Shown in pieces: positions 45,960 through 60,878 of a stretch of 64,000 nucleotides of DNA; the stretch's first letter is position 1; each line of letters begins with the position of its first letter. A program made the position numbers and the translations under genes. Location of the stretch: assembly GCA_964016885.1 (NCBI GenBank), contig OZ024741.1, forward strand, positions 339,450,001-339,514,000. The letters run 5' to 3'. Under the pieces are notes generated by a model that saw nothing but the letters and a program-made list of their open reading frames with translations, did no database searches and had not been told where the DNA came from. Origin of the DNA: Eledone cirrhosa. Taxonomy: Eukaryota.

Positions 45960-48900
45960 TTATACTACCACAAACACCACAACCATCTTATCACCACGCC
46001 ACTACTACACTACCACCAACACCACTACCATACTACCACTGCTACACTACTACCACCAATACCACTACTATACTACTACCAATAACACTACTATACTACC
46101 ACCAACACCACTACAATACTACTATCAACACCACTACGACACTACCACCAACACCACTACTATACTACCACCAACACCACTACTATACTACCACCAACAC
46201 CACTACTACACTACTACCACCAATACCACTACTATACTATTACCAACACCACTACTACACTACCACCACCAATACTACTACTATACTACTACCACCAACA
46301 CCACTACTACACTACCACCAACACCACTACTACACTACCACCAACACCACTACTACACTACCACAAACACCAATACCATACTATCACAACACCACTACAA
46401 TACTACTATCAACACCACTACTATACCACCACCAACACCACTACTATACTATCACCACACCACTATTACACTACCACCAACACCACTACTACTATACTCC
46501 CGCCAATACCACTACTATACTACTACCAATACCACTACTATATTACCACCACTACTATACTACCACCGACACCATTACTATACTACCACCAACACCACTT
46601 CTATATTACCACCAACACTACTTCTATACTACCACCAACACCACTACTATACTACCACCAATACCACTACTATACTACCACCAACACCACCACTATACTA
46701 CCACCAACACCACTACTACTACACTACCACCAACACCACTACCATACTACCACCAACACCACTACTATACTACCACCAACACCACTACCATACTACCACC
46801 ACCACCACTACCATACTACCACCAACACCCCTACTACACTACTACCACCACCACTACTATACTATCACCAACATCACTACTATACTACCACCATACCACT
46901 TCTTTACTACCACCAACACCACTACTATACTACCACTAATACCACTACCATACTACCTATAATACTACCACTACTATCCTTCTACCAATGCCACCACTAC
47001 TTTACTACCACCAACACCACTACTATACTACCACTAATACCACTACCATACTACCACCAATACTACCTCTACTATCCTACTACCACCAACACCACGACTT
47101 TACTACCACCAACACCACTACTATACTACCACCAATACCACTACCATACTACCACCAATACTACCTCTACTATCCTACTACCAATACCACCACTACTTTA
47201 CTACTATTACTATACTACCCCCAATGCCACTACTTTACTACTACCAACACCTCTACCATACTATCACCAATACTACCTCTACTATCCTACTACCAATACC
47301 ACCACTACTTTACTACCACCAACACCACTAATATACTACTATCACTATACTACTACCAACACCACTACCATACTATCACCAACACCACTACCATGCTACC
47401 ACCACCACCACTACTTCTATACTACCACCAACACCACTACTACTATACTACCACCAATACCACCACTATACTACCTCCAACACCACTACTACTATACTAC
47501 CACCAATGTCACTACCATACTGCCACAAACACCACTACTATACTGCCACCAACACCACTACCATACTACCACCAACACCACTACCATATTACCACCAACA
47601 CCACTACCATACTACCACCAACACCACTGCCATACTACCTCCAACACCACTACCATACTACCACCAACACCACTACCATACTGCCACCAACACCACTACC
47701 ATACTGCCACCAACACCACTATTATACTATCACCAACACCACTACCATTTTACCACCAACACCACTACTATACTACCACCAACACCACTACCATACTACC
47801 ACCAACGCGACTACCATACTGCCACCAACAACACTACCATACTACCACCAACACCACTACCATATTACCACCAACACCACTACCACACTACCTCCAACAC
47901 CACTACCATACTACCACCAACACCACTACCATACTACCACCAGTACTATACTACCACCACTACCTTACTACCACCAACACCACTACTATACTACCACCAA
48001 CACCACTACCATACTACCACCACCACCACTACCATACTACCACCACCACCACTACCATACTACCACCAACACCACTACTACACTACTACCACCACAACTA
48101 CTATACTATCACCAACATCACTACTATACTACCACCATACCACTTCTTTACTACCACCAACACCACTACTATACTACCACTAATACCACTACCATACTAC
48201 CAATAATACTACCACTACTATCCTACTACCAATACCACCACTACTTTACTACCACCAACACCACTACTATACTACCACCAATACCAGTACCATACTACCA
48301 CCAATACTACCTCTACTATCCTACTACCACCAACACCACGACTTTAGTACCACCAACACCACTACTATACTACCACCAATACCATTACCATACTACCACC
48401 AATACTACTTCTACTATCCTACTACCAATACCACCACTACTTTACTACCACCAACACCACTACTATAGTACTATTACTATACTACCCCCAATGCCACTAC
48501 TTTACTACTACCAACACCTCTACCATACTATCACCAATACTACCTCTACTATCCTACTACCAATACCACCACTACTTTACTACCACCAACACCACTACTA
48601 TACTACTATCACTATACTACTACCAACACCACTACCATACTATCACCAACACCACTACCATGCTACCACCACCACCACTACTTCTATACTACCACCAACA
48701 CCACTACTACTATACTACCACCAACACCACTACTACTATACTACCACCAATACCACCACTATACTACCTCCAACACCACTACCATACTATCACCAATGTC
48801 ACTACCATACTGCCACCAACACCACTACTATACTGCCACCAACACCACTACCATACTACCACCAACACCACTACCATATTACCACCAACACCACTACCAT

Positions 48901-49040
48901 ACTACCACCAACACCACTACCATACTACCACCAACACCACTACCATACTGCCACCAACACCACTACCATACTACCACCAACACCACTACCATGCTATCAC
49001 CAATACCACTACCATACTACCACCAACACAACGACTACTG
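45960..49040. repeat. (ACC/ACT)-rich ~25-bp array
   Basis: Unit ccaccaacaccactaccatactacc-like, with longer block duplications. Confidence 0.92.
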
Positions 49041-49638
49041 TAATGAGCTTATAAAGATATGTGAAATTTGTCAAGTTTTTCAGTTTGCTCTAAAGAAAGA
49101 AAGGTCCCTTAATCTGGTCCCTTAAACATGGCGGAGTCCACCCCTCTCATGTTGGAACATAGCATACTTCTCCCAGTGAAAGAAAGAGAAAAAGAGAGTG
49201 AGAGAGGGTGTAGAGATAGTGAGAGAGAGAAAGTGAGAGTAAGTGAGAGAGAGAGAGGTAGATTGAGAGAGGAAGAGAGGTAGAGATTAAGAGTGAGAGA
49301 AAGTGAGAGAGAGGGGTAGAGATTAAAAGAGGAAGAGATAGAGAGAAAGAGGGGTGAGAGATAGTAAGAGAGATAATGAGAGAGGGAGAGATAGATAGAA
49401 AGAGTAGAGAGAGAGGTGTAGAGAATGAGAGAGTGAGAGATAGAGAGAAAGAGGGGAGATATATATAGAGAGAGATAGTAAGAGAGATAATGAGAGAAGG
49501 AGAGCTAGATAGAAAGAGAGAAGGGGATGAGATAGAGGAGCACATTGACCCAAGTACAAGACTGGTACTTTATTTATTGACCTCGTGATTTGAAGACAGA
49601 GTACAGGGAACCAAAACAAATACTAAGGGGGACCTTAA

Positions 49639-50439
49639 CCCTTTACAATTTATATTACTCTATATTTACTATTGTATTTTCATGGTAAAGGCTTTATCTC
49701 ACATCATCATCATCATCATCACCGTTTTACGTCCGTTCTTCCACGCTAGCATGGGTTAGACGGGTTGTCCTATTGTGGGCAGTGTCTGGTCGGCTGATCA
49801 TGCCTTGCTCATACAGGAACTGATTTGGCTTGATTTCTACAGCTGGATGCCCTTCCTAACACCAACCTCATTTACAGTGAGTGCTGGGTGCTTTTTTGCA
49901 GTGGCACCTCCACGACCACCTTGCAGTGGGGGGTGTGGGGGCATATTGTTTATATGCTTCAGCTTGTACCCATGGGAGGTCGGGTACTCTGTATTACTGC
50001 GTGACGCCAGAGGTCACGGTCGTGTGTCATCGCCTTTGAGAGGTGTAATTGGGTAAGGTCGGCTTTTATCACCTCATCCCAGGTCATCTTGGGTCTCACC
50101 CACTCCGCGGTTTCCATTGACTTCTAGTGCTCTGCACCTTTTTATGCAGCTGTCATCCTTCATACGCATCACATGTCCATACCAGCACAACCGCCTCTCC
50201 TGCACACAGCATTTGATTCCTCTTATGCTCAGTCTCTCTCTCAATTCATTTATGCTTTGTCGTTCGCGTATATTACTATTACACATCCATCTTACATAAT
50301 ATCAAATCTACGAGATTTTGATATTATTTATTTCGAGAACAATACCTTAACATCAGTATGAGTGACTGATTACAGCCGGTTAGAACAGAAAGAGGTGAGA
50401 GAATTCTGGCCAGATATGGCCAGTTTAAATGCTAAAGAG
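49639..50439. mobile_element. TTAA-type MITE interrupted by an RTE LINE
   Basis: TTAA|CCCTTTAC.. left part (49639-49702) and right part (~50290-50439) ending GCTAAAGAG|TTAA, on either side of an RTE 3' fragment. Confidence 0.75.
49703..50290 (-). mobile_element. RTE LINE 3' fragment
   Basis: RRLCWYGHVMRM; 3' UTR nearly identical to 13592-14072; (CAT)n tail on the + strand. Confidence 0.9.
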
Positions 50440-51836
50440 TTAATAACATCTCCATAGTAAACCCTCATCATTTATCCCAAGTCTGTTTATACAGTAATGT
50501 TACATGTAGGTGTGTTAGGTACATGTTTGTACATTTATTGCACCTTACATACACACCTGTGTACATACACACTTGCACACATACCTACACACATACCTAT
50601 GCGCACGCACACCCATGCACATACACACACTCAAACACACGCACATGCACGCACCCCTACATACATACCTATGTGCACACACACCCATGCACATACACAT
50701 GCACACATACTTACATACCTATGCGCACACACACCCATTCGCATACACTCACACACACACACACACACTCATCTCTCATCATCCTTCTCATCTCCCTCTC
50801 ATCTCCCCTCTCATCTCTCATCATCTCACATTTCCCTTCTTATCTCCCCTCTCATCTCTCATCATCTCTCATCATCTCCTCTCTCATCTTTCTTCTGATG
50901 TTCACATCATCCCTCTTGTTATCTCTTTACTCTCCTTGTCTCTCATCATCCCTCTCTTGATCTTCACATCATCTCATTCTCCCTCTCATCTCTTTCATCA
51001 TCTTTTCCCTGATCTTCACATTATTATCCCTTTCATCATCACTCTCATCTCCCATCTCATCCCTCTCCTGATCGTATCATCACCATTCTCATCATCTCCT
51101 CATCTCTCATCTCATCATCTCTCTCATCTCTCATCTCCTCATCTCTCATCTCATCATCTCTCTCATCTCATCATCTCTCTCATATCCTATCTCATCAATC
51201 CTCTCTTGATCTTCACATCATCATCATCTCTCTCATTTGTCTCTCATCTCTTCTCTCCTCATCAACCTTCCTCTGATCTTTACATCATCATCATCTCTCT
51301 CATCTCCCATCCTCTCATCTTCTCTCTCATCTCCTTTCCTCTCATCTCCCATCCTCTCATCATCTCTCTCATCTCCTTTCCTCTCATCTCCTTTCCTCTC
51401 ATCAGTCTCTCATCTCCTCTCCTCTCATTAAACCTCGCCTGATCTTTACATCATCATCATCTCTCTCATTTCCCTTCCTCTCCTCCTCTCCTCCTCTCTC
51501 ATCAACTCTCTCTTGATCTTCACATCATCATCATCTCTCTCATCTCCCATCCTCTCATCAGTCTCTCATCACCTCTCCTCTGCTTTCATCACCCCCCCTC
51601 CTTCTCCTGATCTTCACATCATCTCATATCTGTCGCAACATTTAAACATTATCTCTGCCATTGATTTATAAGTGTAATGACTGCCGTTGACACAACAACA
51701 ACAACAACAACAACAACAGCAGCAGCAGCAGCAACAACAACAACGAGCTGATCTGATCAGAGCTGATCCGATCGGATCTGATAACATTGTTGTTATAATA
51801 ATGATAATGATAATGATGATAATGATGATGACGATA

Positions 51837-51874
<38 letters not shown>

Positions 51875-52026
51875 ATCTATTGTTTCCCGTGGAAAACTCC
51901 CGGACATCTGCAGACGCGATAAATCTAATCAAAATGACTTGTTGTATTGGCTTCGGATTAATAAATGTTTCCCAGGTATTAATGAGTTTAAAGGGGGACA
52001 TTTATTTCAACATAAAGAGATTTACT

Positions 52027-52058
<32 letters not shown>

Positions 52059-52969
52059 TATCATAAAGATGTACTATCATCATCATTATCATCATTACCA
52101 TCATAAAGATTTACTAGCATCATCATCATCATCATCATCATCATCAACATAAAGATGTACTATCATGATGATGATCATCATCAACATAAAGAGATTTATA
52201 TCATCATCATCATCATCATCATCATCAACATAAAGAGATTTACTCTCATCATCATCATCATCATCATCATCAACATCAAGATTTACTATCATTGTGATTT
52301 ATTGTTGTTGTTATTGTTGTTGTAGTGATTGCAAGATGGCTAAGATCTAAGATATCCTTCATGACAATGAAGTGTGTGTGTATGTGTGTATGTTGTATTA
52401 ATGTGTGTATGCATGTATGTGTATGTGTGTATGTATGTGTGTGTGTGTGAGAAAGAGAGATGGAGAGAGAGAGAGAGAGAGAGAGACAAGTAGTTATTCA
52501 TACATGAATTTAACAATGTCAAATATTAACATTCACTAATAATTATTCAGTGATGCATGGAGAGAAGAAAGAGAGAGAAAGAGGGACAGAGAGAGAGGGA
52601 GAGTGAGAGAGAGAGGGTTAAAGGAGATTGTGTGTGGGTGGGAGAGAGGGATAGAGAGGAAAGAGCAACAATGATGTTTCTTCAAATATGCTTAAATTGT
52701 CAAATAGCTTATCTATAGCGATTATGTCAGTTGTCAGCAAATATATGGTTCACCACCACCACCACCAGCTCCACTGCCACCATCACTGTCACCACCACCA
52801 CCAGCTCCACTGTCATTACCACTGTCACCAGCTCCAAGCGCCATCCTTCCCTCCCATACCACGTTATATTATATAATTCAAACAGTATATCCTGCTACCA
52901 CCCCACTTGTTCTCCATCTCACTAACGACCATACATTTAATTCTAACATTAGTTCTAGCAACCATCACA

Positions 52970-55900
52970 CCTCCCACTAACTACAACAAATAATGTAATT
53001 CAAACAACATATCTAACCATCATACCATTTGTTCACACTCCCACTAACTACAACAGATCTAACCATCATACCATTTGTTCACACTCCCGCTAACTACAAT
53101 AGAAACAACAGATCTAACCATCATACCATTTGTTCACACTCCCACTAACTACAATAGAAACAACATATCTAACCATCATACCATTTGTTCACACTCCCAC
53201 TAACTACAACAGATCTAACCATCATACCATTTGTTCACACTCCCGCTAACTACAATAGAAACAACAGATCTAACCATCATACCATTTGTTCACACTCCCA
53301 CTAACTACAACAGATCTAACCATCATACCATTTGTTCACACTCCCACTAACTACAATAGAAACAACATATCTAACCATCATACCATTTGTTCACACTCCC
53401 ACTAACTACAACAGATCTAACCATCATACCATTTGTTCACACTCCCACTAACTACAATAGAAACAACAGATCTAACCATCATACCATTTGTTCGCACTCC
53501 CACTAACTACAATAGAAACAACATATCTAACCATCATACCATTTGTTCACACTCCCGCTAACTACAATAGAAACAACAGATCTAACCATCATACCATTTG
53601 TTCACACTCCCACTAACTACAATAGAAACAACATATCTAACCATCATACCATTTGTTCACACTCCCACTAACTACAACAGATCTAACCATCATACCATTT
53701 GTTCACACTCCCGCTAACTACAATAGAAACAACAGATCTAACCATCATACCATTTGTTCACACTCCCACTAACTACAACAGATCTAACCATCGTACCATT
53801 TGTTCACACTCCCGCTAACTACAATAGAAACAACAGATCTAACCATCATACCATTTGTTCACACTCCCACTAACTACAACAGATCTAACCATCATACCAT
53901 TTGTTCACACTCCCACTAACTACAATAGATCTAACCATCATACCATTTGTTCACACTCCCACTAACTACAACAGATCTAACAATCATACCATTTGTTCAC
54001 ACTCCCACTAACTACAACAGATCTAACCATCGTACCATTTGTTCACACTCCCACTAACTACAACAGATCTAACCATCATACCATTTGTTCACACTCCCAC
54101 TAACTACAACAGATCTAACCATCATACCATTTGTTCACACTCCCACTAACTACAACAGATGTAACCATCATACCATTTGTTCACACTCCCACTAACTACA
54201 ACAGATCTAACCATCATACCATTTGTTCACACTCCCACTAACTACAACAGATCTAACCATCATACCATTTGTTCACACTCCCACTAACTACAACAGATCT
54301 AACCATCATACCATTTGTTCACACTCCCACTAACTACAACAGATCTAACCATCGTACCATTTGTTCACACTCCCACTAACTACAACAGATCTAACCATCA
54401 TACCATTTGTTCACACTCCCACTAACTACAACAGATCTAACCATCATACCATTTGTTCACACTCCCACTAACTACAACAGATGTAACCATCATACCATTT
54501 GTTCACACTCCCACTAACTACAACAGATCTAACCATCATACCATTTGTTCACACTCCCACTAACTACAACAGATCTAACCATCATACCATTTGTTCACAC
54601 TCCCACTAACTACAACAGATGTAACCATCATACCATTTGTTCACACTCCCACTAACTACAACAGATCTAACCATCATACCATTTGTTCACACTCCCACTA
54701 ACTACAACAGATCTAACCATCATACCATTTGTTCACACTCCCACTAACTACAACAGATCTAACCATCATACCATTTGTTCACACTCCCACTAACTACAAC
54801 AGATCTAACCATCATACCATTTGTTCACACTCCCACTAACTACAACAGATCTAACCATCATACCATTTGTTCACACTCCCACTAACTACAACAGATCTAA
54901 CCATCATACCATTTGTTCACACTCCCACTAACTACAACAGATCTAACCATCATACCATCTGTTCACACTCCCACTAACTACAACAGATCTAACCATCATA
55001 CCATTTGTTCACACTCCCACTAACTACAACAGATCTAACCATCATACCATTTGTTCACACTCCCACTAACTACAACAGATCTAACCATCATACCATTTGT
55101 TCACACTCCCACTAACTACAACAGATCTAACCATCATACCATTTGTTCACACTCCCACTAACTACAACAGATCTAACCATCATACCATTTGTTCACACTC
55201 CCACTAACTACAACAGATCTAACCATCATACCATTTGTTCACACTCCCACTAACTACAACAGATCTAACCATCATACCATTTGTTCACACTCCCACTAAC
55301 TACAACAGATCTAACCATCATACCATTTGTTCACACTCCCACTAACTACAACAGATCTAACCATCATACCATTTGTTCACACTCCCACTAACTACAACAG
55401 ATCTAACCATCATACCATTTGTTCACACTCCCACTAACTACAACAGATCTAACCATCATACCATTTGTTCACACTCCCACTAACTACAACAGATCTAACC
55501 ATCATACCATTTGTTCACACTCCCACTAACTACAACAGATCTAACCATCATACCATTTGTTCACACTCCCACTAACTACAACAGATCTAACCATCATACC
55601 ATTTGTTCACACTCCCACTAACTACAACAGATCTAACCATCATACCATTTGTTCACACTCCCACTAACTACAACAGATCTAACCATCATACCATTTGTTC
55701 ACACTCCCACTAACTACAACAGATCTAACCATCATACCATTTGTTCACACTCCCACTAACTACAACAGATCTAACCATCGTACCATTTGTTCACACTCCC
55801 ACTAACTACAACAGATCTAACCATCATACCATTTGTTCACACTCCCACTAACTACAATAGATCTAACCATCATACCATTTGTTTACACTTCCACTAACTA

Positions 55901-56958
55901 CAACAGATCTAACCATCATACCATTTGTTCACACTCCCACTAACTACAACAGATCTAACCATCGTACCATTTGTTCACACTCCCACTAACTACAACAGAT
56001 CTAACCATCATACCATTTGTTCACACTCCCACTAACTACAACAGATCTAACCATCATACCATTTGTTCACACTCCCACTAACTACAACAGATCTAACCAT
56101 CATACCATTTGTTCACACTCCCACTAACTACAACAGATGTAACCATCATACCATTTGTTCACACTCCCACTAACTACAACAGATCTAACAATCATACCAT
56201 TTGTTCACACTCCCACTAACTACAACAGATGTAACCATCATACCATTTGTTCACACTCCCACTAACTACAACAGATCTAACCATCATACCATTTGTTCAC
56301 ACTCCCACTAACTACAACAGATCTAACCATCATACCATTTGTTCACACTCCCACTAACTACAACAGATCTAACCATCATACCATTTGTTCACACTCCCAC
56401 TAACTACAACAGATCTAACCATCATACCATTTGTTCACACTCCCACTAACTACAACAGATCTAACCATCATACCATTTGTTCACACTCCCACTAACTACA
56501 ACAGATCTAACCATCGTACCATTTGTTCACACTCCCACTAACTACAACAGATCTAACCATCATACCATTTGTTCACACTCCCACTAACTACAATAGATCT
56601 AACCATCATACCATTTGTTCACACTCCCACTAACTACAACAGATCTAACCATCATACCATTTGTTCACAGTCCCACTAACTACAACAGATCTAACCATCA
56701 TACCATTTGTTCACACTCCCACTAACTACAACAGATCTAACAATCATACCATTTGTTCACACTCCCACTAACTACAACAGATCTAACCATCATACCATTT
56801 GTTCACACTCCCACTAACTACAACAGATCTAACCATCATACCATTTGTTCACACTCCCACTAACTACAATAGATCTAACCATCATACCATTTGTTCACAC
56901 TCCCACTAACTACAACAGATCTAACCATCATACCATTTGTTCACACTCCCACTAACTA
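52970..56958. repeat. 46-bp minisatellite, ~4 kb (roughly 85 copies)
   Basis: Unit ctaaccatcataccatttgttcacactcccactaactacaacagat, with a 55-bp variant (+atagaaaca) in the first ~850 bp. Confidence 0.97.
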
Positions 56959-58184
56959 GAATACATAATACAATCGAGATGGAATGGCTCTTCCAGCACA
57001 TCTCCCTTACCATCCTCCTGGGAAACACCCTCTCCATTCTGTCCGCTGTTGCTGTGGGTCGGCCAGCACATGGGACCCTGCTTGCTCACTTTACAGAGAG
57101 ATAGGGAGGGCGAGAGAGATGGAGGTGACGATGGTGGGAGTTTGGCTCTTCCGTGTCCAGACACATTGCACCTGTCAAGAGTGTATTTTGATGTACAAAC
57201 ACACATAAACACACACTAGTGAGTCATTCAAACAACAGATCTAACCATTACACTCGCTCTACCTACAACACATATAATTCAAACTACAGATTCTACCACC
57301 ATACCACTGGTCCACACTACCAAACAGTAGATCGACCGCCCCCCCCCCATTAGCTACCACAGAAGGTCTATGTCAACCCCCCCCCCCCCCAACCCATGTT
57401 GTGAGATTGTGAATGAAACCTATCAAGTTATCAACTCTGGTCTTCAACTATTTAGTTACTTAGACTGATGTTGTCGCAAGATTGTAGGGACACTTATGCA
57501 AGTATTCACTCACACCTTCACTCACTCCTTCTCTCTTTATTTCCTCGCTCTTTCTCTCCCTCCCTCCTGCCCTCACTCACTTCTTTCACTCCTTCCTTCC
57601 CTCACACTCACTTCCTCTTTCCATCCCTGCCTCTCTCTCGCCATCCTCACTCTCCTTCACCCCTCCCTCTCCACCTCTTCTCTTGACCCGTCCCTCACCC
57701 CTCCCAATAACAACAATAACAACAACAGCAACAGCAACCACAACATCAAAAACAACCACAACAACAAAAACAATAACAACAGCAACAGAAACAACAACAG
57801 CAGCAACAGTAACAACAGCAACAGCAGCAACAACAACAAAAACAATAACAACAGCAACAGCAACAACAAAACTACTTAAAATGATTTTCTTAATTTTTCA
57901 TTTATCATAATCAAATAAAATCAAAAGTATTTCTAATAAAATAATTAAAACAAACCTGTCTTTTGGAATTGTGGACTTGTAATTATTGAAATTATGATAT
58001 CTTTATTAACCCTCTCTTAATTAATAGTTTCCCTTAATTAGTCAACCTTAAACCAATAGTAATTTCTGAATAAAATATAAATATGGTGGTGGTGTTTGTT
58101 TGGGGGTGGTGGAAGGGGTGGAGTTAGGGTTAGGTGCGGTGGAGTGAAAGGCAGGAATTGGGGTTAGGGTTAGGTTTGGTGGGA

Positions 58185-59470
58185 AGTGTTGTTTGGTGGG
58201 AATTGTGGTTTGGTGAGAAGTGTGGTTTGGTGGGAAGGGTGGTTTAGTTGGAAGTGTGGTTTGCTGGGAAGTGTAGTTTGCTGGGAAGTGTGGTTTAGTG
58301 GGAAGTGTGGCTTGGTGGGAAGTGTGGTTTAGTTGGAAGTGTGGTTTGCTGGGAAGTGTAGTTTGCTGGGAAGTGTGGTTTAGTGGGAAGTGTGGCTTGG
58401 TGGGAAGTGCGGTGGAGTGGGAAGGGTGGTGGAGTGGGAAGTGTGGCTTGGTGGGAAGTGTGGTGGAGTGGGGGAGTGTGGCTTGGTGGGAAGTGTGGTG
58501 GAGTGGGAAGGGTGGTTTGTTGGGAAGTGTGATGTGGTGCAGTCTCTGGTATGATGGGTTGTGTTGTGGTTGGAAATGTGGTGTAGTGTGGTGGGAATGT
58601 GTGTGGTTTGGTGTGTTGTTGGGTAGTGTATTGGGTTGGGAAGTGTGGTTTGGTGCAGTCTTTGCTTTAATGGGTTGTGTTTTGGTGGGAAATATGGTGT
58701 AGTGTGGTGGGATGAAAATGTGACATGGTGTGGTGGTAGGTGTATTGTTTGGTGGGGTGTGTTGTGGGAATTATGGTGTGGTCTGTTGCTGATGTGTTTG
58801 TGGTGTGGAGTGATGTGACTTGTAATGTGGGGAGTGTGGTGATGTAGGGTTCTGTAGTGTTGTGTGGTGGGAGTTGTAGTGAGGAGTGTGATGTGGTGTT
58901 GGGGAGGTGTTGTATGGTGGAAAGTGAAGTGGAAAATATGGTGTGGTGGGAAGTGTGATGTCGTTTCGTGGGAAAAGTGCCATGATATGGTGTGATGTGG
59001 TGGGAAGTGTTATGTGATGTGACATGGTGTCGTATGCGATGTGGTGTGGTTGGAAGTGTAATGTGGTGTGGTGGGAGGTGTAATGTGGTGTAGTTGGAGG
59101 TGTGATGTGTGGTGGGAGGTGTGGTGGGGTGTAGTAGGTGTAGCATGATCTGGTGGGAAATGTGATAGAATGTGATGTGGTGGGAAGTGTGATGTGGTGT
59201 GGTGGGGTGTAGTAGGTGTGGTGTGGTGGGAAGTGTGATGTGGTGGGGTGTAGTAGATGTAGTGTGGTGGGAGGTGTGGTGTAGTGGGAAGTGTGATGTA
59301 GTGTAGTGTAGTAAATGTAGCATGCTGTGGTGTGTGATAGAATGTGGTGGGGTATGATGTGATGTGGGTGGTGTGGTGTGGTGTGATGTGGTGGTGGTGT
59401 GGTGTGATGCGGTGTGGTATGGTGTGATGTTGTGGTGGTGTGGTATGGTGCTGATGTGGTGGGAAGTGTG
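58185..59470. repeat. G/T-rich degenerate array (17-bp unit at the 5' end)
   Basis: gggaagtgtggtttagt / gggaagtgtggtttgct units decaying into (GTGTG)n. Confidence 0.8.
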
Positions 59471-59624
59471 ATTGCTACTAAGACTCTAATTCCACTTAAC
59501 TGATCAAGCGTGGAGAATGAGATTATCAGTTCTGTTGGTAGAGGAGGGAGATGGTAGGTTGAAAAGGAGGGGGTAGTAGGAGAAGGTAGTAAAAGAACAA
59601 GGGGAGAGAGGGAGAAAGGAGGGA

Positions 59625-59935
59625 GGAAGGCAGGAAGAGAGCAAGAGATTAAGGAGAGAGGGGGAAGAGGAGGGAGGAAGACAGGAAGAGAGCAAGGGAT
59701 AAAGGAGAGAGGGGGAAGAGGAGAGAGGAAGACAGGAAGAGAGCAAGGGATTAAGGAGAAAGGGGGAAGAGGAGGGAGGAAGACAGGAAGAGAGCAAGGG
59801 ATTAAGGAGAGAGGGGGAAGAGGAGAGAGGAAGACAGAAAGAGAGCAAGGGATAAAGGAGAGAGGTGGAAGAGGAGGGAGGAAGACAGGAAGAGAGCAAG
59901 GGATTAAGGGGAGAGGGGGAAAAGGAGGGAGCAAG
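59625..59935. repeat. 51-bp purine-rich tandem repeat (~6 copies)
   Basis: Unit ggaagacaggaagagagcaagggattaaggagagagggggaagaggaggga. Confidence 0.85.
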
Positions 59936-60357
59936 GGATGGAGGGAGAAAAAGAGAAAGGTAATAAGAGAGCAAGAAAGGGAGGGAGGGAAGGATGGTGA
60001 GATGGAAAATGTGAGGAAGAGATGGAGAGAGGGAAGAAGAGAGGAAGGTAGTAAGGGAGTAAGAGGAGGGGGCAATATGGAGAGAGAGAGTAAGAGGAGA
60101 GAGGAAAGATGGTGAGAGAAAGCAAAAAGAGGGAGGGAGAGAGGAAAGCAGTAAAGGAGCAAGGGAGGGAGGAAGGCAGGATGTTGTATGTTTGATCTGC
60201 AAATGTGGCTGAGCAGAATTGTTGTGTGACTGTGTATATGTACATGTGTGTGTACGTATGTATATACATGTGTGACTGTATATGTATATATGTGTGCATG
60301 TGTGACTGTGTATATGTACATGTCTGTGTAAGTATGTATATACATATGTGTGCATGC

Positions 60358-60495
60358 ACATGGCTTAGTGGTTAGAGCATTGGCCTTGCAATCGAAAGGT
60401 TGTGAGTTCAATTCTCAGACCGGGTGATGTGTTGTTTCCTTGAGCAAGACACTTTATTTCACATTGCTCCAGTTTACTCAGCTGTAGAAATGAGA
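60358..60495 (+). mobile_element. Second tRNA-derived SINE family
   Basis: tggcttagtggttagagc..gagttcaattctc head, then ccttgagcaagacactttatttcacattgctcc. Related copies at ~20922-21030 (+) and ~9795-9900 (-). Confidence 0.7.
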
Positions 60496-60519
60496 TGATA
60501 GGGACTGGCGTCCATATCA

Positions 60520-60705
60520 TTCCACTGCAAAGTGGTCATGTAGGTGCCACGGCAAAAAATCACCCAGCACTCACTGTAAATGAAGTTGGTGTTAGGAAGG
60601 GCATCCAACTGTAGAAATCAAGCCAAAATCAGTTCCCGTCCCACCCTTGCAAGCAGGGAAAAAGTGGACGTAAAATGAAATGATGATGATGATGATGATG
60701 ATGAT

Positions 60706-60708
<3 letters not shown>
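60520..60708 (+). mobile_element. RTE 3' UTR / tail fragment
   Basis: Same 3' UTR as 13800-14072, with a (GAT)n tail. Confidence 0.75.
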
Positions 60709-60749
<41 letters not shown>

Positions 60750-60820
60750 CTCTGCTATGTATTGAGTACCTTATTACTGTGGTTACCTCCGATTCAACCC
60801 GGAATAACTTACCTTATATT

Positions 60821-60853
<33 letters not shown>

Positions 60854-60878
60854 TTATATATATATATATATTTATATA

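Noticed and set aside
45928-49125. 688-aa and other T/P/Y/H-rich ORFs
   Set aside because: The ~25-bp unit cycles through all three frames, as expected for a non-coding ACC/ACT repeat.
51687-52106. PolyQ/polyM/polyH ORF
   Set aside because: Concatenated triplet microsatellites with a non-ATG start and no domain.
52970-56958. Regular repeat array resembling CRISPR
   Set aside because: Units are contiguous with no unique spacers, there are no cas genes, and the context is eukaryotic.
58120-58176. TTAGGG telomere-like motifs
   Set aside because: Only about two short degenerate pairs within G/T-rich sequence; not a telomeric array.
58771-60411. 546-aa minus-strand ORF
   Set aside because: It is built from CA-, CT- and CACCA-rich low-complexity tracts and a 51-bp repeat, with no recognisable domain.
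60358-60430. Possible tRNA gene
   Set aside because: The acceptor stem is not convincing and the sequence continues into a SINE body with other copies in the window.
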